Shown: positions 8,509 through 16,636, counted from the first letter of the stretch. The stretch: 64,000 nt of DNA from an uncultured Nitrospiraceae bacterium (GCA_964447405.1 CAYUSP010000003.1:691723-755722), one strand, 5' to 3'. The notes: generated from the sequence alone by a model not told the origin. A program made the numbers and translations.

Positions 8509-8676
8509 TCATCCCTTCTTTGAAAAAAATATGAATGCCATAGTAGGCCGCTTGGAGGACACGGAGGTCACAAACTGGATGCTCTCGAACACGCATCCCT
8601 TCGCCGTCCATTCGTTCAGGGTCCGTTCGATCTCTTCATCGGTCACCGTGCTGATTTCAACGACTTTATAGGACAT
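8509..8676 (-). CDS. Small hypothetical protein (55 aa), possibly DUF4177-like
   Basis: My own translation: MSYKVVEISTVTDEEIERTLNEWTAKGCVFESIQFVTSVSSKRPTMAFIFFSKKG. It is below the ORF-track cutoff. The ATG lies exactly 7 nt after a TATAAT box, and the gene is immediately upstream of the GATase gene. Confidence 0.45.
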   Translation of the reverse strand: MSYKVVEISTVTDEEIERTLNEWTAKGCVFESIQFVTSVSSKRPTMAFIFFSKKG

Positions 8677-8682
8677 GCCCGG

Positions 8683-8711
8683 ATTATAGACAAGGCGGGA
8701 TTATTTTTCAA
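8683..8711 (-). promoter_or_regulatory. Sigma-70-type promoter TTGAAA-17-TATAAT positioned for a leaderless transcript of the 55-aa ORF/GATase unit
   Basis: On the minus strand, -35 is at 8706-8711 and -10 at 8683-8688. The A of the ATG (8676) is 7 nt downstream of the -10 box. Confidence 0.5.
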
Positions 8712-8741
8712 TGATTATCGAAAAAAGCGCTTACTTTCCTG

Positions 8742-8770
8742 TTGCTAATCAGCATGAGACTCACTATAAT
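8742..8770 (+). promoter_or_regulatory. Sigma-70-type promoter TTGCTA-17-TATAAT positioned for a leaderless namZ-like transcript
   Basis: -35 is at 8742-8747 and -10 at 8765-8770. The A of the ATG at 8777 is 7 nt downstream of the -10 box. Confidence 0.5.
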
Positions 8771-8776
8771 TCGCCC

Positions 8777-9961
8777 ATGCTGGCCGACAAAAACGTTCTC
8801 TCTGGACTGGATCTCATTGACAAACAGTGGCCCCGGGACCTCAAAGGCGCGCGTGTCGGGCTCGTCGTGCATCCCGCTTCCGTGAACCGCAACCTGCAGC
8901 ACGCGGTCACAATATGCATGAGGTCGAAGCGCTTCGAGCTCACTACGCTCTTCGGCCCGCAACACGGGATCCTCGGGCAGACCCAGGACAATATGATCGA
9001 ATGGGAGGGTTTCAAAGACCAGTCCACCGGCCTCCCTGTTTACAGTTTATACGGTAAATTCCGCAAACCTCGCCCTGAGATGTTGGCGAACATTGATGTT
9101 CTGGTGGTCGACCTTCAGGATGTGGGGAGCAAATATTATACGTTCATCTGGACATTGGAACTCTGCATGCAAGCGTGCAGGAGCGCGGGCAAGGCCGTGA
9201 TTGTCCTGGACCGGCCCAATCCGATAAATGGGCAGAGCGTTGAAGGGCCGCTCCTGAATCCCGAATACGCGTCCTTTGTCGGGCTTCGTCCCCTTCCCAT
9301 CCGCCACGGCATGACCATCGGAGAGATCGGATCCTATCTCAGAAACACATTCCATGCCGGGCTGGACTACCGTGTCATCGCCATGCAGGGATGGAAGCGC
9401 GGCATGTGGTTTGAACAGACAAAACTGCCCTGGGTAATGCCCTCACCTAACATGCCGACACCCGATACGGCTCTGGTCTATCCCGGCATGTGCCTGTTCG
9501 AGGCCACGAACATCTCGGAAGGCAGGGGTACCACGCGGCCCTTCGAGATCTTCGGTGCACCGTTCATCATTGCCGAGGCTATTGTGGACGTTCTCAAAGA
9601 ATTCAAGCTGCCTGGCGTGATCTTCCGCCCCCTCTCGTTCCAGCCCACGTTCCAGAAACACGCGAACGCACTCTGCAACGGCGCTCAGATCCATGTAACG
9701 AACCGTGACAGGTTCAAACCATTCAAGACCGGAGTAGCGATCCTGAAAGCCATCCACAATACGTATCCCCGCGACTTCAAGTGGAACCAGCCTCCCTATG
9801 AATATGAAGAAGTGAACCTTCCTATCGACATCCTGGCGGGAAGCGATCGGCTGCGCAAGGACGTCGAATCATGGAAGGACATTGATGATATGGAAGCGTG
9901 GTGGAAGGAAGAAGCGAAGGCGTTTGAAAAAACAAGGAAGCAATTCTTGCTCTATAAATAG
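8777..9961 (+). CDS. namZ: DUF1343 family protein, NamZ-like exo-beta-N-acetylmuramidase candidate
   Basis: ORF 8711..9961 trimmed to the ATG at 8777. MLADKNVLSGLDLI...ARVGLVVHPASV...VVDLQDVGSKYYTF...LDRPNPING...GLRPLPIRHGMTIGE is the DUF1343/YbbC pattern. Confidence 0.75.
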   Translation: MLADKNVLSGLDLIDKQWPRDLKGARVGLVVHPASVNRNLQHAVTICMRSKRFELTTLFGPQHGILGQTQDNMIEWEGFKDQSTGLPVYSLYGKFRKPRPEMLANIDVLVVDLQDVGSKYYTFIWTLELCMQACRSAGKAVIVLDRPNPINGQSVEGPLLNPEYASFVGLRPLPIRHGMTIGEIGSYLRNTFHAGLDYRVIAMQGWKRGMWFEQTKLPWVMPSPNMPTPDTALVYPGMCLFEATNISEGRGTTRPFEIFGAPFIIAEAIVDVLKEFKLPGVIFRPLSFQPTFQKHANALCNGAQIHVTNRDRFKPFKTGVAILKAIHNTYPRDFKWNQPPYEYEEVNLPIDILAGSDRLRKDVESWKDIDDMEAWWKEEAKAFEKTRKQFLLYK

Positions 9962-9970
9962 AACCATTTC

Positions 9971-10103
9971 ACCGCAGAGGACGCAGAGGGGAAGCATGGC
10001 GAGGAAGGCAACGGCGGGCAAGGCATTAAGCTTTGTTTAAAAACCAGAAATAATTTTGAATTAAGATTTCCTTGGAGTTGATTTCCTCTGCTTCCTCTGC
10101 GGT
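9971..10103. repeat. Cargo-less hairpin element with the same terminal inverted repeats as the GxxExxY cassette
   Basis: The left arm ACCGCAGAGGACGCAGAGG (9971-9989) is identical to 12360-12378. The right arm CCTCTGCTTCCTCTGCGGT (10085-10103) matches the exact complement at 18 of 19 positions. The 95-nt interior is AT-rich and has no ORF. Confidence 0.85.
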
Positions 10104-10114
10104 AACAATTATTT

Positions 10115-12091
10115 ATGCCTGAATTCAATCTCAACATTTTCCTCCCCGCAGCTGGCCTCGGTGAACGGCTCAGACCGATCACGAACCACATTCCCAAACC
10201 GCTCCTTCCGATACTCGGCAAGCCAATCATCGAAGGCATTCTCGATAAACTCACTCTTGTCTGCAACGGCAGCATAGGGATTAACCTCCACTACAAGCCG
10301 GATATGCTACGCGAATGGGCTGTACGATCTACCTGGGCTGACCGCATATCATTCTTTCCCGAGGACCCGATCCTCGGGACCGGCGGCGCGCTTAAGAACG
10401 CGGAGTCATTTCTCTCCAGCAGGAACTTCATCGTCCACAACTCAGACATCCTCCTTGATATCAACTTCACCCGCCTGATCGAAGAGCACCTCTCTTCAGG
10501 TAATATCGCCACACTTGTATGCCACCGTTTGCCGGAGCTTGCCAACGTCGTGATCGATACACACGGCCAGGTCCTGGATGTAGAAAACCCGGGAGCATCA
10601 AAACCGGACGCATCGACCACTGCGGACAAGGTCGCCTATACCGGCGTCGCAATCTACTCACCGGACATATTGCAGTTTCTGCCATCCGGCGTTTCACATG
10701 CCACGGTCGCGTGGATAGCCGCGTCCAAGGCTGGTTTTCGAGTGCGCGCCTGGGATGTCACCGGCTCGTACTGGAACGACGTGGGAAATCCAGTGACCTA
10801 TGCACGAGGTGTACTGGACGCCCTGCGTGAAAACGGGGAAATGGTGCATGTCTCCCCTGCGGCACGATGCGGGAACATCCTGAGCGACGGTTATCTGGTG
10901 CTCGAGTCAAACGGGGAAGTACAGGACAGCTCCCGGCTCAGGAATTGTATTGTGATGCCCGGGGCAAACGTTTCCGGCAGTCATGCGGACTGCATTCTCG
11001 GTCCGGACTACGCGGTCGCACTTACGGAATCCGACATGCAGCCGTCGGTCCATGCGGCGGAAAAGAAACGCGTATTGCTGAACGATCCGCTTTTCTCGTC
11101 GCACTTTGGGATTCACGCCATGAGCAACTGCACAGCTGCAACTCCCAACTCGCCATTCTGGTCCGACGCAATCCTGATAGGACTCGGCGGCTCGGATAGG
11201 CGCTATTTCCGCGTACGGAACAATGGTAAGACCGCGGTCCTCATGGAGTGCCGGCAGGATGATCCGGACTATGATCGCCATTTGATTTACACCAGGTTCT
11301 TTAAAGAACATACCGTGCCCGTGCCTGAGCTCATTGCATCAGACACTGAGGGCAAACGTGCCCTGTTCGAGGACCTCGGAGACACATCGTTGTACTCATA
11401 CCTGAAGCTTCCGCACGCGGCTTATGCAGTCGAGGAAGTCTATCGGAAGGTGCTCGACATCCTGGTGCAGCTCCACACCAGGGTCACGAATCATGTATAC
11501 GGGTGCCCGACACTCAGTGCGCGAGTATTCGACTATGATCATTTACGGTGGGAAACAGGTTATTTTATGGAGCGGCTCGTCACCGGACTGAAAGATATCG
11601 CGGCGTTTGATCGGGCGGCACTGGACAACGAATTCCACCGGCTTGCGGAGCGGACAGCTGCGTTGCCCAAAAGCGTGATCCACCGGGATTTTCAATGCCA
11701 GAATATCATGATCACGGATGGAGACATGCCGCGCGTAATCGATTTCCAGGGCGCACGCATGGCGCCGCCAGGTTATGATGTCGCATCCATGCTGTGGGAC
11801 CCGTACCACCGGCTGGATGAAGGCGTCCGGGAGCGCCTTATTGGTTATTATGTGGCGGAAATGAAGAAATGTTCGGAAAATTTCGATGAGCAGGCTTTTT
11901 TGAACAGCCTGATCCCCTGCCGGCTTCAGAGACATATGCAGGCTTTGGGTGCATTTGGATTTTTGTCTGTGGTCAAGGGGAAAAAATATTTCCGCAAGCA
12001 CATACCCGAGGCAATGCGACTGTTGAAAGAGGAGACTATCCTGGTCAAGGAAGAATTTCCGACGCTGGCATTGCTCGCGTCAACACTCTGA
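10115..12091 (+). CDS. Fused sugar-1-phosphate nucleotidyltransferase (MurU-like) and aminoglycoside-phosphotransferase-fold sugar kinase (AmgK-like)
   Basis: A single 658-aa ORF. The N-terminus has LPAAGLGERLRPITNHIPKPLLPI (the NTP-transferase G-x-G-x-R motif). The C-terminus has HRDFQCQNIMI...VIDFQGARMAPPGYDVASML (APH/AmgK-type catalytic loop). Confidence 0.65.
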   Translation: MPEFNLNIFLPAAGLGERLRPITNHIPKPLLPILGKPIIEGILDKLTLVCNGSIGINLHYKPDMLREWAVRSTWADRISFFPEDPILGTGGALKNAESFLSSRNFIVHNSDILLDINFTRLIEEHLSSGNIATLVCHRLPELANVVIDTHGQVLDVENPGASKPDASTTADKVAYTGVAIYSPDILQFLPSGVSHATVAWIAASKAGFRVRAWDVTGSYWNDVGNPVTYARGVLDALRENGEMVHVSPAARCGNILSDGYLVLESNGEVQDSSRLRNCIVMPGANVSGSHADCILGPDYAVALTESDMQPSVHAAEKKRVLLNDPLFSSHFGIHAMSNCTAATPNSPFWSDAILIGLGGSDRRYFRVRNNGKTAVLMECRQDDPDYDRHLIYTRFFKEHTVPVPELIASDTEGKRALFEDLGDTSLYSYLKLPHAAYAVEEVYRKVLDILVQLHTRVTNHVYGCPTLSARVFDYDHLRWETGYFMERLVTGLKDIAAFDRAALDNEFHRLAERTAALPKSVIHRDFQCQNIMITDGDMPRVIDFQGARMAPPGYDVASMLWDPYHRLDEGVRERLIGYYVAEMKKCSENFDEQAFLNSLIPCRLQRHMQALGAFGFLSVVKGKKYFRKHIPEAMRLLKEETILVKEEFPTLALLASTL

Positions 12092-12334
12092 TACAATCGG
12101 CTGTGCGCCTCTATCCCTCATTGCTTTCTCCACTGCCGTGATTTGCTCGTTAAGCAACTTGCACTCTTCCTCGTATTCCGTGGTCAAATTCTGCGCTTTT
12201 TCGGCGCCGATGTGCACCGAGGTCTTCACGAAGGTGAATGAGTGCATGTCCTGCAGGTCGCACAGGTTATCCTTCAACCGCTTGAGCTCGGCTTTGAGTT
12301 CGTCGAAGGACATATCGTTATAATTCTTTGTCAT
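12080..12334 (-). CDS. Small hypothetical coiled-coil protein (84 aa)
   Basis: ORF trimmed to the ATG at 12334 (MTKNYNDMSFDELKAELKRLKDNL...). I recognise no family. It is AT-richer than its neighbours. Confidence 0.4.
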   Translation of the reverse strand: MTKNYNDMSFDELKAELKRLKDNLCDLQDMHSFTFVKTSVHIGAEKAQNLTTEYEEECKLLNEQITAVEKAMRDRGAQPIVSEC

Positions 12335-12359
12335 AACACAAACCTCAAAACCTTTTTTT

Positions 12360-12845
12360 ACCGCAGAGGACGCAGAGGAAGTCAAACCCGCTGGCCTATA
12401 ATCCGTTGGCGACTCTCTTAATGCCATCTTTCAAATGAACAACATTGAAGTTTATTAATAGCCCAAGCTTTTTATTGCTTAATTTCAGGTATGAAAGAAT
12501 TTGTGCTTCATGAATCGGCAATATTTTCTCAACTGCCTTCAATTCAACGATAACACAATTGTCAAGCATAAGGTCTATTCTATATCCGGCATCGATCTTC
12601 AAGCCATCATACAGGATCGGCAAGGCCATTTGAGAAAGCACGGTTAATCCGAGCTTTCGTAGTTCATGCAGCAAACATGCTTCATACGCGCTTTCCAGCA
12701 AACCAGGACCCAAAGCTGAATGAACTTTCATTGCAGCTTCAATAATCTTACCACTAACCCCATTTATATCCATTTATTCCAGACCTCCTGTCTATCCTGC
12801 CAGTTTTTGACCTCCTCGCCTCTCACCCTCTGCGTCCTCTGCGGT
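12360..12845 (-). mobile_element. Hairpin-bounded cassette carrying a GxxExxY gene (perfect 19-bp terminal inverted repeats)
   Basis: ACCGCAGAGGACGCAGAGG at 12360-12378 is the exact reverse complement of 12827-12845. The interior is AT-rich. The element begins 6 nt after the cca stop. Confidence 0.7.
12396..12773 (-). CDS. GxxExxY family protein (PD-(D/E)XK-like small protein)
   Basis: 125 aa. It has the motif G-L-L-E-S-A-Y in ...HSALGPGLLESAYEACLLHEL, a typical ...DLMLDNCVIVELKA... core, and an AGGAGG RBS 8 nt upstream. Confidence 0.85.
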   Translation of the reverse strand: MDINGVSGKIIEAAMKVHSALGPGLLESAYEACLLHELRKLGLTVLSQMALPILYDGLKIDAGYRIDLMLDNCVIVELKAVEKILPIHEAQILSYLKLSNKKLGLLINFNVVHLKDGIKRVANGL

Positions 12846-12851
12846 GAAAGA

Positions 12852-14270
12852 TTATCTGAATCTCTCCAGATACACCAGCGCCTCCTGCCTGGTCGCGATA
12901 ACTCCCTCTGCCTGCTTCTCCTTAATCTCCTCCAGAATCTCGCGAAACCGCGGACCCGGTGTAAGTCCAATCCCGATGAGGTCCTCACCCCTTATCAGTG
13001 GTTTCTCTTCGACCTTCAGGAATTTTGAAAAGTAGAATTCCAGGACCGCAGCCATGGTCTTCGAGGTGTCCGTAAACTTTTCCCTGGGCATGATCTCGAA
13101 TGTAGCGCGCGCGTCCGCCTGGGCAAGGAGCAGACTCTCCGGCACAGACTCTCCGAGATCGCGGCAGTAGCGGTACATGGCGTTTCTTCCCGGACCGCCT
13201 GGAGCGGAAAGATTAAACAGCCTCATGTGCTGTTTGATGACCCGGGTGACCGCTTTTTCCGTGTCTTTCGAGAGCTTCAATCGCCGGCAAATGCCCGCCG
13301 CCTTGTCCGCGCCCAGATTGTCGTGTCCATGGAACCGGACATGGCCGTCCGCATTCGTGAACGTCTCGGGCTTTGCATTATCATGGATAAGACAGGCGAA
13401 TCTGAGCGCTGCCTTTCTCGTGACCTGGTGTTCGAGCAGCTCATCGAGGTGCGCCAGTATAGCAGCTGCATGCTCTGGTGGAAGTGACTGCAGATCATCC
13501 AGTACCGCATCGATATACCCCGCTGTTTTTATGGAATGGGTCAGGACATCATGGACATGGTACCTGCCGGGAGCAAAGCCGCGGAGCGTTTCGAGTTCCG
13601 GCAGAAGCGGCGCGAGAAGACCAAGTGAATCCAGGAGCGTGAGATGCTGTTCAGCATTCCGTTCGGCAAGGATGATAAAGAGCTCATCCCGAACGCGTTC
13701 TGGAGCTGGCCGCGATATCAGGCTTGCGCGCTGCCGGATGTGCTCCGCAGTCGATGCCTCGATCGTACATCCCAACGCAGCAGCAAATCGCACTGCGCGC
13801 AAAAGACGAAGAGGGTCCTCATCCAGAACCTCCGGACTTGTCACGCGAATGACCCTGTTCTCCGCATCCTTTTTACCATGAAAGAGATCGATCAGTCCTG
13901 CAAGAGACTGATCACGCATGAACTCCCGCAGGTCAAGCGCCATGGCATTGATGGTGAAATCCCGACGGCCAAGATCGGCCTGCAGGTCAGGACCTTCGAA
14001 GTTCGTAAAATCGAACTGAAAGGAGCCATCGTTCTCATACTTCATGACGCGCGTTATCTTTCGATCTTCGTCCAGGAAAAAAAAACTGCCCTGAATCAGA
14101 TCAGCGAACGTGCGCGCCACAGCCTCCGAGCCTTCAGGCATGAGCAGGTCTATGTCCTTGAGGTCCTGTTTGCCTATCAGGAGGTCGCGGATAGCTCCGC
14201 CGACGAGATAGATGGGTTGGGGAGTTAATGAAAGCAGCTTGGCAAGATATTTCGAAGCGAGAGCATCCAT
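12852..14270 (-). CDS. cca: CCA-adding tRNA nucleotidyltransferase / poly(A) polymerase family with an HD domain
   Basis: 472 aa with YLVGGAIRDLLIG...DIDL...RRDFTINAMA (the Pol-beta nucleotidyltransferase head) and HDNAKP/HGHD (HD domain). Confidence 0.8.
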   Translation of the reverse strand: MDALASKYLAKLLSLTPQPIYLVGGAIRDLLIGKQDLKDIDLLMPEGSEAVARTFADLIQGSFFFLDEDRKITRVMKYENDGSFQFDFTNFEGPDLQADLGRRDFTINAMALDLREFMRDQSLAGLIDLFHGKKDAENRVIRVTSPEVLDEDPLRLLRAVRFAAALGCTIEASTAEHIRQRASLISRPAPERVRDELFIILAERNAEQHLTLLDSLGLLAPLLPELETLRGFAPGRYHVHDVLTHSIKTAGYIDAVLDDLQSLPPEHAAAILAHLDELLEHQVTRKAALRFACLIHDNAKPETFTNADGHVRFHGHDNLGADKAAGICRRLKLSKDTEKAVTRVIKQHMRLFNLSAPGGPGRNAMYRYCRDLGESVPESLLLAQADARATFEIMPREKFTDTSKTMAAVLEFYFSKFLKVEEKPLIRGEDLIGIGLTPGPRFREILEEIKEKQAEGVIATRQEALVYLERFR

Positions 14271-14329
14271 GGCTGATACTTATGTATAGCAGAAAAACGC
14301 ATCACTTTCAGCGCAGCATTTCTGTCAGA

Positions 14330-15025
14330 TCATTCCCCGGTCGTTGCTTCCTGAGGTTCCTCACCCGTGATCTGCCTGATGTCCTTCAGCCGTTTTTTCC
14401 TGTCTTCCCGCACAACATACCAGTCATGAATGAGCGTCTCGATCAGGCCGATCAGGAGCTTTTCCTCGCCGGAGTCGGTGTCCTGAATTGCGGCCCCCTC
14501 ACTCTCCATCCGAGCTCCGATCATGCCGCTCCTGCGCACAGACTCGATGGCCTCCCAGGTGAGCGGGTCCACCGTGCCCTTGACCTGGCGGAATTCGTCA
14601 TTGAGACTGCCGGGTTGGACCTGCCAGAAATCACGAAGCATTGCGGAGAGGCAGCGCCGCGACAGGGCTGCAGCCACTTTGGGGCTGAACTCGGCGGCAA
14701 AACAAGCTTCCTGATAATCTTCGAGAATATTATGCGGAAGGGTTGTAGGAAAAGACCGGGCTCGTGAAGGCGGAATGAGCGGCCAGGTCTTGATGTGCTT
14801 ACCCGTGTAAGACCGGTGGTGGCCCGATGTCTCAAGGGTGTGCAGCGAAGCATTCAGGGAGAACCGGCGGCATTTCGGATTGGGGCAAACCACATACTTC
14901 ACCACCAGGCGGCGCGGTCCGTCTGCGTTTTCCCCGGTGAGATCAGCAAAGCTTACCTGACGGTCCGCATCGGACACGGTCTGGTCCGTGCCACAGAACG
15001 CGCAATTCCAGAAATATTCACCCAT
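14330..15025 (-). CDS. DUF4145 domain protein with an N-terminal zinc-ribbon
   Basis: ORF trimmed to the ATG at 15025, preceded by GGGAGGGA. It has CAFCG...CPNPKC cysteine pairs followed by ...ILEDYQEACFAAEFSPKVAAALSRRCLSAMLRD, which is DUF4145-like. Confidence 0.6.
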   Translation of the reverse strand: MGEYFWNCAFCGTDQTVSDADRQVSFADLTGENADGPRRLVVKYVVCPNPKCRRFSLNASLHTLETSGHHRSYTGKHIKTWPLIPPSRARSFPTTLPHNILEDYQEACFAAEFSPKVAAALSRRCLSAMLRDFWQVQPGSLNDEFRQVKGTVDPLTWEAIESVRRSGMIGARMESEGAAIQDTDSGEEKLLIGLIETLIHDWYVVREDRKKRLKDIRQITGEEPQEATTGE

Positions 15026-15051
15026 GGCTTCCCTCCCTGATATGCATTCCC

Positions 15052-16134
15052 TTACTCCGCGAGCAGTGCCCGCAGATGCTGTTCCTCCCATTCCCTGGTG
15101 ACTACAACCTCGCCTATCTTAGTCGGCAGAACGAATTTAACTTTTCCCCCTTCTGCCTTTTTGTCGATCTGCATCGTTTCCATGAGTTCCGTCACGGACG
15201 GTTTTCGGCTGAGTGAAGACAGACTGGCCGGCAGTCCAAAGGAGGTGACGAGTTTTTCCACTCGCCCGGGGACCGACGAATCGCAGAAACCCGCTTTATG
15301 AGCAAGCCGCGACGCATAGACCATGCCGATGGCCGCAGCATGGCCATGGCGCATGGTGTAGTTCTCCGCAGTTTCAATCGCATGCCCCACGGTGTGGCCA
15401 AAGTTCAGGACCGCACGAAGCCCGCCCTCGCGCTCATCCCTGCTCACAACGTCTGCTTTGATCTCGCAGGACCGGCTGATGATATGGTTCAGTGCGTCAG
15501 CATCCAGCGAGAGGATCCTGTCGCGGTTTTGTTCGAGATATACGAAGAAGGCGCTGTCCCGGATCACTCCGTACTTGATCACTTCGGCCATTCCCGAGAG
15601 CAGCTCCTCGCGGGGAAGGGTCTTCAGCACTTCGAGGTCCATCAGCACTTTTTGTGGCTGATAAAATGCGCCGATCATGTTCTTGCCCATGCTATGGTTC
15701 ACGCCGGTTTTGCCGCCCACGCTGCTGTCCACCATGGCGAGGAGCGATGTGGGGACCTGAATAAATGGCACGCCGCGCATGAAGGTCGCGGCTGCGAAGC
15801 CGGTGAGATCGCCTATCACTCCGCCGCCCAAAGCTACGAGCGCGGAATTTCTGTCGAAGCTGTTGATCAGGAGCGCAGTGTAGATGGCATTCGCCCAATC
15901 AAGGTTCTTGTACTGCTCCCCGTCCGGCACCTCGATGGACATGACCGTGAATCCCGCGTTTTTAAGGCTGTCCGCGGCGCGTTTGCCGTACAGGCCCTTG
16001 ACCAGGGGATTCGTAACCAGGGCCATCTTTCTGCCGAGGCCCAGACCCTGCAGGCGGGCGCCGATATTGTCCAAGCTTGAACCGATCTCGATGTCATAGC
16101 TCCGGTCGCCGAGGTTGACACTAACAGTATGCAT
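15052..16134 (-). CDS. aroB: 3-dehydroquinate synthase
   Basis: 360 aa with GGGVIGDLTGFAAATFMRGVPFIQVPTSLLAMVDSSVGGKTG and the HxxGH motifs typical of AroB. Confidence 0.92.
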   Translation of the reverse strand: MHTVSVNLGDRSYDIEIGSSLDNIGARLQGLGLGRKMALVTNPLVKGLYGKRAADSLKNAGFTVMSIEVPDGEQYKNLDWANAIYTALLINSFDRNSALVALGGGVIGDLTGFAAATFMRGVPFIQVPTSLLAMVDSSVGGKTGVNHSMGKNMIGAFYQPQKVLMDLEVLKTLPREELLSGMAEVIKYGVIRDSAFFVYLEQNRDRILSLDADALNHIISRSCEIKADVVSRDEREGGLRAVLNFGHTVGHAIETAENYTMRHGHAAAIGMVYASRLAHKAGFCDSSVPGRVEKLVTSFGLPASLSSLSRKPSVTELMETMQIDKKAEGGKVKFVLPTKIGEVVVTREWEEQHLRALLAE

Positions 16135-16636
16135 ATTTAATTCTCTCTTTGATCTCTTGAATAACGTCCACCACGGACTTTTGGGACGTGTCGATGATCA
16201 CATCTGCCTGTGCGTAGAATTTTTCCCGGCTGTCGAGGAGTTCCTTGATGCGGGCCTTGGGATCAGGGGTCTGAAGCAGGGGGCGATGGGTTTCATGCTT
16301 GATCCGCTCGTAGATAACTTCGGGCCGGGCTGACAGGCAAACGACAAAGCCAGCCTTCCTGAATGCCTGCCGGTTCGTTTCCCGTATCACCGCGCCGCCG
16401 CCCGTGGACACTACCTGGCCTTCCTTCTCCATGACCTCATGAATGATCTTTTCTTCGATATCACGAAAATAGGGTTCACCGTGTGTTGAAAAAATCGAGC
16501 TAATGGTCATCCGCTGGTCTGCTTCAATGAGGAGGTCAGTGTCAACGAACTCATAACCCAGATCCTTTGCAAGCCGGGTGCCTACGCTGGTCTTGCCCAC
16601 GCCCATGAAACCAGTGAGAATGATATTATTGAACAT
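16121..16636 (-). CDS. aroK: Shikimate kinase
   Basis: 171 aa with the P-loop GFMGVGKTSVG and a ...STGGGAV... motif. It lies between aroC and aroB. Confidence 0.9.
   Translation of the reverse strand: MFNNIILTGFMGVGKTSVGTRLAKDLGYEFVDTDLLIEADQRMTISSIFSTHGEPYFRDIEEKIIHEVMEKEGQVVSTGGGAVIRETNRQAFRKAGFVVCLSARPEVIYERIKHETHRPLLQTPDPKARIKELLDSREKFYAQADVIIDTSQKSVVDVIQEIKERIKYAYC

Noticed and set aside
8474-8671. The plus-strand 65-aa ORF in the GATase/namZ spacer
   Set aside because: It has no RBS or promoter. The opposite strand carries a better-supported 55-aa ORF with a precisely placed promoter and a protein-like sequence.
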